The notes beneath the pieces are model-generated. The model was not told the origin of the DNA, made no database searches, and saw only the letters and a list, made by a program, of their open reading frames with translations. Positions 1-10,464 of a stretch of DNA of 64,000 nucleotides are shown piece by piece. The stretch lies in the NCBI RefSeq assembly GCF_000143415.4, contig NW_003314288.1, positions 1,488,056 through 1,552,055 on the forward strand, written 5' to 3'. Each line of letters begins with the position of its first letter. The first letter of the stretch is position 1. The position numbers and the translations under genes were made by a program. The DNA is from Selaginella moellendorffii (Eukaryota > Plantae > Lycopodiophyta).

Positions 1-40
1 ATAGTTTCTTTACCTGCCTGTAGCTGTTTGTTTATCAAGA

Positions 41-336
41 TGGCATGAGGCCTCATGCCATCTTTGGCCCCTGCTAGCCTATTGCCATATTCCTTTTGCC
101 TTGCTACAACTGTATATATTTTTGTATGGGTGACTAGTCACGCACACAAAAATATATACAGTTGCAGCAAGGCAAAAAGAATATAGCAACAGGCTAGCAG
201 GGGCTAAAGATAGCGTGAGGCCTCATGCCATTAGTGGTACCACTAATGGCATGAGAGCTCATGCCAATTTTGTGAATGTGAAATTTCATGTGGGTGTCAA
301 TAGCATGTTTGAATAATGGCATGTGGCCTCATGCTA
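41..336. repeat. Nested palindrome cluster: 190-bp imperfect inverted repeat (41-230), 34-bp perfect palindrome (222-255), and four copies of the self-complementary 20-mer TGGCATGAGGCCTCATGCCA
   Basis: 41-135 reverse-complements 136-230 around GTGACTAGTCAC. CTCATGCCATTAGTGGTACCACTAATGGCATGAG at 222-255 is self-complementary. 20-mer copies start at 41, 211, 247 and 317. Confidence 0.92.
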
Positions 337-419
337 TTGAGGTTGTTTGGTATGTTATGATTTAAGCCATTCTCCAATCATTTTTTGTATGGTCTTAACT
401 TCTTTTCTGCACTTTCAGA

Positions 420-3179
420 ATGGCCTCTACAAGTGCGACGCATGTTCCCTCCGTGGATCTTAAGAACCGTGCTACATGGATTCAGGCAAAGGTGTTTCTA
501 AACAACCCCGAGGGGGAGGTGGTAGCTGAGGGCTTAGCCACAGTTGTCGATCCAAGAGATGCGGTTGCTAATCAAGAATTGGGCTGGGATGATATTGGAG
601 TTGCGATTTTAGAGGTTGTTGACACAGAAGAAAACAGTCTGACTATTGGAAGCATTGTGCGGTGGAAATTGAGGCATTTAGTGTTTGAGAATGTGAAGGA
701 TTCACAATCAAACACCACTACAACTGATGACAGAACATCTCTTCATGGGAAAAGAAAGTACACCTTCCTACAGCGCAGCCAAAGGGATCTGAGCAACGAA
801 CCGAAAAGGCAGAAAATGGCGATGGAGGTTCGAATGGTCTCGACAGTTGCTTGTTGCAAGAGGAGGTGCTGTCAACATGCTGATTGGGATGCTATTGAAG
901 AGGAGAGAGCAAGATACAAGACATTGTCCTGGAAGGCAGCTCGCAATTTTGTGTATGAGGCATTATGGTCATCTGTTGATGCTTCAGAACATCAGGTGGG
1001 GGGCATGGTCTTCCAGAGGGGTTTGGTCTGCATGAAGGCATGGAGAATCATTTATGGAGTCCCTCGAACCACAATCTACAGAATCAAAACTGAGTTCGAG
1101 GAACAAAGGGTTCAACAGGCAGTCCATGGGAACAACGGTACTCACAAAACCAGGGGTCATGTTGTATATGGAGAGGCAATCTTCAAGAGGTTTGTCGAGA
1201 CATGTAGCGAGCAGCAACCACATAAAACCCGCCTCTTGGAAGATGGAACACGAGACACCCAACGAGTTCTCCCTTCCATGTATACCAAGAGGGCCATATT
1301 GGAAGATGTGAATCGGGAACTCCAGAGTAATGGCTACAGGAAGCTGAGCCAATCTAGATTTAGTAGATTGTGGAGCAACAGGTTTAGGGATGTGAGTATA
1401 GGAAAGTACTCCAGCTTTTCAAAGTGTGATGAGTGCACTGCTATCAAAATGGCTTTGTCGAAGAATTCTTGCATCGCTCAAGAGCGAGAGACGTTGGTTA
1501 GAAGGCGGCTCGACCACAACATCGAGCAGAGAAGCTACAGGACTGCATATTATCATAACAGGATTCTCTCCATGGAGAGACCTGACTCTTACCTCTGCAT
1601 CATCCACGACAAAATGGACCAAAAAAAGACGTGCTTACCTTGACTCAATCCTGCCCCCAAGGCAATCTCTTCATCCATGCAGTTGCCTGTGTCTTTGTTT
1701 AGCATAATCGCTCATGGGCATGGTGCTCAGAACTATGGGAACTTCTTTGTACCTCTATGGGGTGGCGGGGGTGCAAACATGATGATTGCGTCCCTAGCAA
1801 AACACTTAAGGTCTCTGCAAAATGAGTAGACTGAGCTGAACGGCCAACCCTTGCATAAGGCCCTTGTCGATCGAACCCCATACAGGGTTCAGCTGGAGGA
1901 GGAGCAAAGGCTTGCAGTATCGCGTGGGGCCCCATGCCATCTCAGTGAATATGTTGGCCGTCAGATTGTAGGGTTATCACGTGAGGCCTCATGCCATTCC
2001 GACGAGGCTGGTCGCCCGGTGAATGCACAGCCTCATCCAAACGAAGCAGAATCTCAAGGAAGTTCTTGCGGCTGATGTGGCCTTCCACCCCATCTTCTGC
2101 TCCAAACAGACAATGCTGGCAGTGAGAACAAAAACATGTACGTCTTCGCGTACTTGGCGATGCTTGTTGCCAAAGGCATATTTGAAACGGTTTCACTTGG
2201 CTTTCTCATGGTTGGGCACACTCATGAAGACGTCGATGCCATGTTCAGTCACCTGGCAAAGTCCCTCCGGCGATCCAATACCCTCACCCTCCCACAACTC
2301 TACGATGAATTCCAAAATTGCATCAAAGGCACTGTTGAAGCTGCACTTGTGACAGAGGTTCCAGACTTTAAGGGGTTTGTTAGAGGCTACATCAGGGACG
2401 GATCCGAAATGCTGATTGGCCACTCCAAGCCTCTTCAGTTTCATTTCAGCATGCGTGATGGTGCTCCAGTGATGAGGTACAAGATGAGAGAATGGGACAC
2501 AGTGTGGCTGCCAGTGGACGGCATTGAACTCTTCAAGAGAGATCCCATAACTGGGGAACCTATGATTCCTCAGGGTTCCCCACGGCCGATGCACTCGGAT
2601 GGACTCAAAGACCAAGAAAGTATAGTGGCCGGGATTAGACAACATATTGCCTTCTGGAAGAGGGGGTTGGTGTTTGGTGGAGAATCCTATTTTAAGAGGT
2701 GCAAGCCTTTGCTCGAATACTGGGAGAAGATTATATCTGCTATCCAAAATGGGCCGGTTGTATATGAAGAATTGGAAGAGTCCTTTTGGCCAGAACCCAG
2801 AGCACCAGATAGTAGCGGAACAATGTCCTCTGGAAATGCAGTGACAGATAACGATGTTGAGGATCACTATTGTGGGCCGAGGAACAAGAAGCCGGATTCA
2901 GCATTCAATCCAGTACAGGTCTGCAAAGGAATGGTCGTGCTTGTCAGACCCAGTAATAAAAAACAAATGATATGGGTGGGGCGCTGCATCACTGATGCAG
3001 AGGACGACGCGGAAACTAACTCCTTCAATATAACTGTGGAGTGGTTCAAGCCAAGTTTCGGAGTGTGTGCACACATGCCATCGCTCTTCTTTAGCTTCAG
3101 ATTCGGCTTGTTCACCTTGACAATGAGATTTATTATACAACCAGATGGACTCAGTCTGGACACAAAGTCACCGCTCTAG
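420..3179 (+). pseudogene. DDD transposase (Sola1/DUF7869-like) with N-terminal En/Spm Tnp1-like domain; one reading frame broken by three in-frame stops
   Basis: ORFs 420-1643, 1851-2075 and 2136-3179 share one frame, with stops TGA 1641, TAG 1827 and TGA 2073. Motifs: KCDEC, IIHDKMDQKKTCLP, LLLQTDNAGSENKN, FLMVGHTHEDVDAMFS. The N-terminal VFL..VVAEG..LG..IGV..IGSIVRW resembles the Tnp1-like domain. Confidence 0.8.
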
Positions 3180-3352
3180 TCACCATGCCCCAGATATGTC
3201 TAGCCCCTGGACAAAAAACATATAATTTCACGTCATTTTCAAATACTTGAAAATTTGTACCTAGTCCCATTTTACTGAATAAATCCCACTTTAACGAAAT
3301 AGAGCTTACAACAAAACAAGTTAAAGTGGAGTTAGAGGTAAAATTATAAAAC

Positions 3353-4854
3353 TTACGCATTGATCTTTTGGCAGGCCAAGATAAGTCTGTTGACATCCAA
3401 AGGTCCCCTCGCGTAGACATGGCCGACTGGAACGTTGATATGGTAGACGGGATCATCGCAAAAATGATCGTCGATACACTTCATCCAAGCTCCATATCGA
3501 TGGTTACCATCAATAATTTGGAACATTGTCCCCGCAAGCTGTCGAGTCTCAGGATGTCTGATAAGCATGTCATCAAATTCTAGGGACTTCTTCCTCCAAA
3601 TAGGATCCCAGCTATTCACAATCTCGGGTGTGACAGTAATGATCTCTGTTGTTCCTGGCTTGCAAAATGAGACTAGAAACATACCGATATTTGTTGCAAG
3701 GCCATTCTGTTTGAACAAGCTGTATATATCCGGGTTGACATACTTGGATGCTGTGCGGACAAGGTTCATCTGCTGCAAACGGCAAAGGGGGATTTCTCTG
3801 ATCAAGTCACAAGGGCCTGGCCACTTGAGCGCCTCAAGTGTTTGGTGAACTGCTTTTTCCCTTGTCCGCATAACAGTCTCTTGGAAGCGCTTGTCCACCA
3901 CGTTGTCAGGAAGGTCTGCAACTCTTTTAGCTCCAGGCTGTTCCTCAGGTTCCCTATCGTGAACACCACTAGATTGCCCAACTTCAGGGATTTGCGTTGG
4001 TGGTGGTGGCGGTGGTGGCGGGGGCAGAGGCAATAGTGGCAGTGGTGGTGGCAATGGTGGTGGTGGTGGTGGCGGCAGGGGCAGAGGCAATAGTGGCAGC
4101 GGTGGTGGCAATGGTGGTGGTGGCGGTGGCGATGGAGGTGGTGGAGGTGGTGATGGAGGTGGTGGAGGTGGCGATGGCGGTGGTGGAGGTGGTGATGGTG
4201 GAGGTGATGGTGGTGGAGGTGGTGAATCTCTAACTAAATGTGTCTCTGTTGTGCCAATGGACATGTCGATTGTGATGTCGTCGTCAGTGCCAAATTGAAC
4301 TTCTCGTGTCTTCTTGGCTCCAACAACCTTTTTATGTGTTATAATTTTCCTTTTCTGCAAGAGAAAAATTTTTGTTAGTCAAACTAAATAAAGATAATGA
4401 GAAATTCAAACAGTCAAAGAGAAGAAAAAAATCAAGTGGGCCTAGACTCCACCTCGGGCACTTTGGTTGCCTAGGGGGCCGAGGTTATTCAAATAACCTC
4501 GGCCCCTCGGCAAGCAAAACTACCCAAGGTGGCCGGCCCGAGCTGGACCTCAAGCAGTTTTGCTCGCCGAGGGGCCGAGGTTATTTGAATAACCTTGGCC
4601 CCTCGGCAAGCAAAACTGCCCGAGGTGGCTGGCCCGAGCTTGACCTCGGGCAGTTTTGCTCGCCAAGGGGCCGAGGTTATTTGAATAACCTCGGCCCCTC
4701 GGCAAGCAAAATTGCCCGAGGTGGCCGGCCCGAGCTCGACCTCGGGCAGCAAAGAAGCAATCACAAAAAAAAAAAGGGAAGCAATGGAATGGAAGAAATG
4801 GACTAAAAAAAGGGAAGTGGAAGCAATCAAATTGAAACTTACCCTTGGTGGCAT
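3353..4854 (-). CDS. Spliced transposon-associated gene: basic NLS, polyproline tract, ParB/sulfiredoxin-like domain; 3' exons unresolved
   Basis: Exon 1 is ATG CCA CCA AGG|GTAAGT (4854-4843). Intron 4842-4355 ends TTGCAG. Phase-0 exon 2 reads KRKIITHKK...FQIIDGNHRYGAW...KIN, followed by donor GTAAGT at 3356. Confidence 0.7.
3997..4224. repeat. GGT/GGA/GGC-rich low-complexity tract encoding polyproline on the minus strand
   Basis: Trinucleotide runs with a duplicated 60-bp unit (PPPLPLLPLP). Confidence 0.9.
4451..4746. repeat. Tandem array of about 3 x 96-bp units, each an 80-bp palindrome plus a 16-bp spacer
   Basis: GGGGCCGAGGTTATT recurs at 4475, 4571 and 4667. The 39-bp arms are ACCTCGGGCAGTTTTGCTCGCCGAGGGGCCGAGGTTATT and AATAACCTCGGCCCCTCGGCAAGCAAAACTGCCCGAGGT. 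Confidence 0.93.
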
Positions 4855-4895
4855 CTTTCCTCCCTCGATTTCTTGATCGTGCTAGATTTCTTGTG

Positions 4896-5170
4896 CGCTC
4901 AATCTCTCCCACTCGCGCGCTCAATCTCTCCCGCTCGCGTGCTCAATCTCTCCCGCTCGCGCGCTCAAACTCTCCCGCTCGCACGCTCAATCTCTCCCGC
5001 TCGCGTGCTCAATCTCTCCCGCTCGCGCGCTCAATCTCTCCCGCTCGCACGCTCAATCTCTCCCGCTCATGCGCTCAATCTCTCAATCTCTCGCGCGCTC
5101 AATCGCTCGATCTCCTTCGCACTCAATCCCTCGATCTCCTTCGCGCTCAATCTCTCGATCTCTCGCGCGC
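4896..5170. repeat. 22-bp minisatellite (GCGCTCAATCTCTCCCGCTCGC) x about 9, plus degenerate 24-bp copies
   Basis: CTCAA core at 4898, 4920, 4942, 4964, 4986, 5008, 5030, 5052 and 5074. Confidence 0.93.
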
Positions 5171-5190
5171 TCCACTCACGATGCGAACAG

Positions 5191-5258
5191 TAACCTAATC
5201 TTGGCAGCTACCCTAACCCTAATCCTGACGGCTGCCCTAACCCTAACCAATCTCTAAT
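5191..5258 (-). promoter_or_regulatory. Telomere-like CCCTAA repeats (telo-box-like) upstream of the ParB-like gene
   Basis: CCCTAACCCTAA at about 5211 and 5235. Confidence 0.45.
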
Positions 5259-6323
5259 CCTCCGTTCATTCTGAATAACCTAAATCTCAACCATCACAAT
5301 ATCTTTGATCTTATTTTATCTTATCATTATTATTATATGTAAATTATGTTTCTTTATTTTGTATATTTTAATGATGGTATAACTAGCACCTATCAACATT
5401 TCTGTTATTAGAGATATGATATTATATTTTATAAATTATCTAGAAATGATGCATTCTCATCAATATTTTGTACATATTTTGGAATCGTTACAAGAACTTG
5501 AAAGAGTATAAATAAGGCACGTTAAAATATGTTGTACTATATCCATCTATGAATGGATGAATCCTCATCCAGAAATTTATTTTGTGTTGTATTAGATCCT
5601 AAACAATAGGCACGTGCTTTAAATGTCATTGAGCAGTGTTCACAATTATGGATAAAACTTGAGTTGTACTATGAATCAAATCTGTCATTGAAGAATAAGA
5701 TTTGACAAGATTTATTATCATCTACCACTTAAAATTTGACAACTTGACATATCACACGTGCTGATAGTTAGATTGGATCTCTTGGTTTGACACGTTATAG
5801 CAAAATGTCATTACTGGTATCATTATTAACTATCAAACTTCACGTGCTGAAAATCTTTCCTTGGATTTATGTGTATACATGCATTAGACATCATAATAGA
5901 TGATAGTAATATTAATACTGTCACACTTACACATGTTAAATTTGCTATAGAATTTAAATTCATTTTGTACGTTGTCTTCTTATTACTCTATTTAAATTTC
6001 AATTATGTTTCACTATAGATTTTTACAAGTAGCATAAAGAGAGAGAACTCCAAAACCTATTGAGAAGGATGGAGAGGTTTCTTTTTCATTTTCGAGATCA
6101 CCCACCTCTTTCATTCTCTCAGAGTATTGTTTCTGAAAGTTTTTTATGTCGGCGTTTTGATCTTCGTCTTGGCTCTATCTCTTTAGAGGCTGTGATCCGC
6201 ACCGACACCGGTATAGTTGCATACTCGGAGTTTCTTCTTTCTGGTGTGGGCGAGGGTGGACAACAATGGGATTTACAAAATTCCAAGTCGAAGGAGATTC
6301 GAGTGTTCGGATCTCCAGTCAAA

Positions 6324-9300
6324 ATGCCAAAATGCGCTCCAGCGAAAGTGAATGTGAAGCAAGAGTCAGTCGTTATCCTCTCGTCCTCTTCTAGTTCAAG
6401 TGGAGATGTCATGCTAGTGTCGGCGCCAAATTCACCAGCTCTAACTCCAACTCCAACTCCAACTTCAGCAATATTCAAAGCCGTTAGCAATGCTTTCCAG
6501 TTTTCACGCCTCTCAATCGACGTGCACTTGTTTTTGTATAGGCTTGTGAGTGAGCTTCCATCCTCCTACAACGGCAACATTTGCTTCAAGCTACCACCTC
6601 TTGTCAGCAGCACAGGTTCCAAACGGAAGGGGATGGAAACTAAGCAAGATGTCCACAATTGGTGCAAAATCAAGACCACACACTTCCAACATTTTGAAGG
6701 CACAGTGTCTATAGTTCATTGTGGCGGGCATTTAGATTGTGTGGATGAAGCATGCAATCGAGACTGCTCTAGAAACTCTATATTTTTCGAAGGGTCTGCA
6801 GTCAATCCTCCAGCCTGTGACACCATTGCTATTGGATTCAAATGTCGATTCTGCAAAAATGCTCCTCTATGTCGTGCTATCTGCGAGGCCAAGATGTACT
6901 ACTTTCTTCCACGGGATGGAGTGGCTGGAAGAGCTGTAGTGCATGTTGGCACACATATGCATCCAATGCAGGAACGGATACAAAGGAGTTCTCTCAACCG
7001 TTTCAAAGATGCTGTACAGGAAGAGACTATGAGAAACTCATTTGCAACTCCGAAGCATGTTCAGAAGACCGTCCTCAAGGATTTTATCGCAAATACCTTA
7101 CTCAATCCAGGTTGCCAAAAGACTCAACTAAACGAGGTTAGCTTGCGGGACTTACTACGAGGAGTACAACCTGCTACTAGCCTAAGGAGGTACATCCGTT
7201 ATTTTTCATACGTTATAATAATAATTTTTTCTTACATTATATTGTTTAGAATAAAATCTTGGATGTGTGAATCTCGAGAGGGGAAGTTGCAATCAAAAAT
7301 TGACTCCATCCTTGAATTGAAACGGACCTGTCCATACGAGTTCATCCACGAAAGTTTGTTTCCAGACCAAGTTGTGAATGAGCAAGAGCGCCCCTTCGTC
7401 TTCAAAATGTCTACCATGGGCCCTGCATCTGGCGTAGATCTTGTCTCCTGAATGGACATGTTTGGGTCCAGTGGCCTTGCAAATGCATGGGTACATTTTG
7501 ACCATATGGAGCGTGTATCCGGTTGGACAACCATGGGAGCTCATGTGTATGATCCAAGGTAATTTTTATTCTCATTATATTGAAATTGTTATAATATTTA
7601 TGCTTTCATAGGCTACGTTGTAACTTAACAATTGCGACAGTAGAGTTTAAAGTACAAGACCAGACAGCACAAGAAATATTTTGGAAGTCCCTCTCTGATA
7701 TTGTCCTAAAGCGGACTGGTAAGCTTGCAAACTTTCGTGGTTTCATGGCAGATGGGGCTGGTGCAAACTGGAATGGTATCTAAGCAGTTTTTGGGAATGG
7801 TCAACCATTGGAAGGTCGTGAGAGGACTTGTGAGTTCCATTGGGCTCAAAGCCTAAACCAGCACTACCACCTTATCAAGCCAGAGTTTCAATCAATATTT
7901 AAGGAGTTGTGCAAACAATGGCAGGTTGCACCTTCTGAAGAAGAGCATGAGGCAAAAGCAAACGAGATCCGAATGTGGTGGCGTGAAGATGGCCATACAG
8001 ACGTAAGTTGCCTACCACAACTTGAGTCATGGTTAGGATGGTGGGAAGTTAGGATGTTCCAATGGGGACATCACTCTTTTCAGGTTGGTTTATATTTTTT
8101 CTTCTCCTTTTATTACCTTTTAATATTGCCTTTTCCATTAGGATCAACCACTTGAGGACCTCGCATACACCCTAACCGTGAATCTCTCCGAAAGCAAGCA
8201 TTGGAGTTGGCGTTCCTCTGAGGCAGGGAAAGGGAAGATGAGTCTATACGAAGCCTGTCTATCAGATTTGATACGTGCTATAGAGCAATCTTCAAAAGCA
8301 CTAGCATTCGAGGAAGGAAGATACATGGGAACAGGGCCTTCTGTTGAGATGTTACATGATAGGATGAAGAGAAAATTAACTCCACCCGCCCGAACAGTGG
8401 CAACTGCAGTTGAGGAAGTGGTCCGTGGCACATCTATGGAGTACACTCCCCGAGCTTCTATAGGTGATATGAAGATTGTCCGCTCAAAGCGTCGTTTTTC
8501 CTTTATTGGGGAAGATGTTGGTACGGACCTTGGAGCAAAAAGCTCTCACAGGCCTGATGTTGAGTACCATTCTGCTCCAAGACACCGCTCTCGGACCGAG
8601 CCACCTCAAGTGGCTGATGAAGAGAGTGCATCGCAATAGGTTGAAATTGCTTACCGTAGCGTGGAGCCGAAGCAATGGGCAATCTGACGCGTGCCAGCAA
8701 AATCGAATGTAAGGTGTGTGGGGATGCTTCCGAGGGGCAAGTGTTGGGCCTGGATTCGTGGTGAAAAGTCTGCTTCTGTTCCAGCCCCATGTTTCTATGG
8801 GGAACGAAAGCAAGCAGGATTTTCAAGATGGTGCTGGCTATATTGTTGCAACACCGACGCCAACCATACGAAGCGGCTTGAAGACACTATAGTGACTAAA
8901 CCTGATGCAGTATCTAAAGAATGGCCAGTTGCTCGCGCTCACCTCTGATGAGATTGAAAACCTTGAGAAATCTGGTTTTAATCTTGAGAGGAGAGTTGGA
9001 GACATGAGTGACAGGAGCAGGACTATTCCTACAGAGATGCACAGGAGGCCAGCACGAAAAGGTAAGGCAGTTAAATTTATTGGTACCGTCTCCAAGCAGA
9101 AGCAAGGTAAAATAAACTTGGCTCAAACACTTGAGTGTGAGATTCTCTCCACGAAGTACATCACTGCGCTTGCAAAGGAGTACACAGTCAAAACAGAAGG
9201 TGGAGAGTACACAATTGCCATTCACGACTTTCCTTCTTGCACATGTCCAGACTTTACGAAGCACGAGGAACATGGGAAGGCATATGCTCCTTGCAAGCAT

Positions 9301-9410
9301 ATGTACTACATCTTCATCAACATCTTGCACTAGGATCCTAAAGTGGATATTCATATACACCAAGCAAGCCTTACTATTGCTGAGTTGCAGAAAACTTTTG
9401 GAGCTAATTA
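6324..9410 (+). pseudogene. Mutator-like (MULE) transposase with N-terminal GCM-like Zn domain and C-terminal SWIM finger; spliced and disrupted
   Basis: Zn motifs CGGHLDC..AC and CRFCK..C..C.AK..VHVGTHMHP. Catalytic-type VHFDH, FMADGAGANW, CEFHW (CxxH) and NLSESKH. SWIM CTCPDF..PCKH. Short introns at about 7190-7248, 7559-7611 and 8084-8141. Stops at 7449, 7781, 8637 and 9331, with a frameshift near 8940. Confidence 0.75.
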
Positions 9411-9502
9411 GATTTCTCCAACACTATAAATGTTTATTCTCTATCAATAAAACTTATTATACTTTATATAATTAATAAAAATGTGCTTTTTCATTTCACT
9501 TT

Positions 9503-9955
9503 TCATTTTATATGCTTCCGAGTGTTCTTCTCGCAATACTGCCAATAGTACTCGTGTGTCTCCATTTCTGTCTTTACCATCTCAAAAAAGATTTCATGGT
9601 AGTCTTTCGGGTGCATGATGTTGCAATGTGTCGTAAGAGCATATATACTATCATACTGATCATTGCCATTGTTTCCACCAAACGCTAGAAAACATACAGG
9701 GCACTTCTTGAAAGTGGCAGAATTGCACTTTTCTAAAACAAGTAAGAGGGCATTCTTTTTCACCCAATTTGTTGCACCCTCTGTCATTGCATTTATCTCC
9801 AACTCATGATCACTATCCTCACTATCCTCTCTTTCATTCTCTTGTGTGATTTGGTTATGCTGTGCAGTGGGATAGTTATTGCATCTCCTAGCCCTTGAAC
9901 CCTGGGAAGAAAGATTGTGAGAGTTAAAATTACCAGCACTAGAATCCATAAACAT
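9503..9955 (-). CDS. Small acidic protein with a C2H2/zf-XS-like zinc finger; probably transposon cargo
   Basis: 150-aa ORF with CPVC-x19-H-x4-H (CPVCFLAFGGNNGNDQYDSIYALTTHCNIMH), convergent with the MULE gene. Confidence 0.45.
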   Translation of the reverse strand: MFMDSSAGNFNSHNLSSQGSRARRCNNYPTAQHNQITQENEREDSEDSDHELEINAMTEGATNWVKKNALLLVLEKCNSATFKKCPVCFLAFGGNNGNDQYDSIYALTTHCNIMHPKDYHEIFFEMVKTEMETHEYYWQYCEKNTRKHIK

Positions 9956-10464
9956 TTGTGGGTGTATTTCCCTTTTTTCGAATGAGAGTGTGAATGAAGA
10001 TTTATAAATTCTAGACAGTATGCTACAACAAACCCCTCAAGAATGTATTCTACAAAGAACCAAGTCTTTCTTTTATATGCAATAAGCTTACATCAACGGT
10101 TTTTTTTTTCCTTTCAAATGGTTATATGGCTTTACATAGAATCTTATTTCAAATTTAATAATATTTTAATTCTGACAAACCTAACATTTACTAGCCAGAA
10201 AGTATAGAGTACAAATTTAAAGAAGTGACAAGAATACTCCTTTTGCAAACATTTTATTTTATGTTCTAACAAATGTCCCTATCATTATATGTAGTAAATA
10301 TTTAAATTATTAGAACAAAAAGTGTTCTTTAGAACATTTTTATCTATATAATATATAGAGAGTTATTAAATTATTAGGTTCACCATAACCTTAAAATTTT
10401 AAAATTTATAATGTTTGTACTAAATTACAATTAAAAATTGAGCTCAACTCGTGAGCTCAAGTAT

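Noticed and set aside
1641-2075. Stop-codon readthrough or RNA editing of the transposase stops
   Set aside because: This is a nuclear TE context, and methylation-driven C>T mutation explains all three stops more simply.
4451-4746. CRISPR-like repeat/spacer array
   Set aside because: Spacers are near-identical, repeats are 80 bp, there are no cas genes, and the context is a eukaryotic intron.
4372-5257. Several ORFs with 32-aa or 22-aa repeats
   Set aside because: They are translations of the 96-bp and 22-bp tandem repeats.
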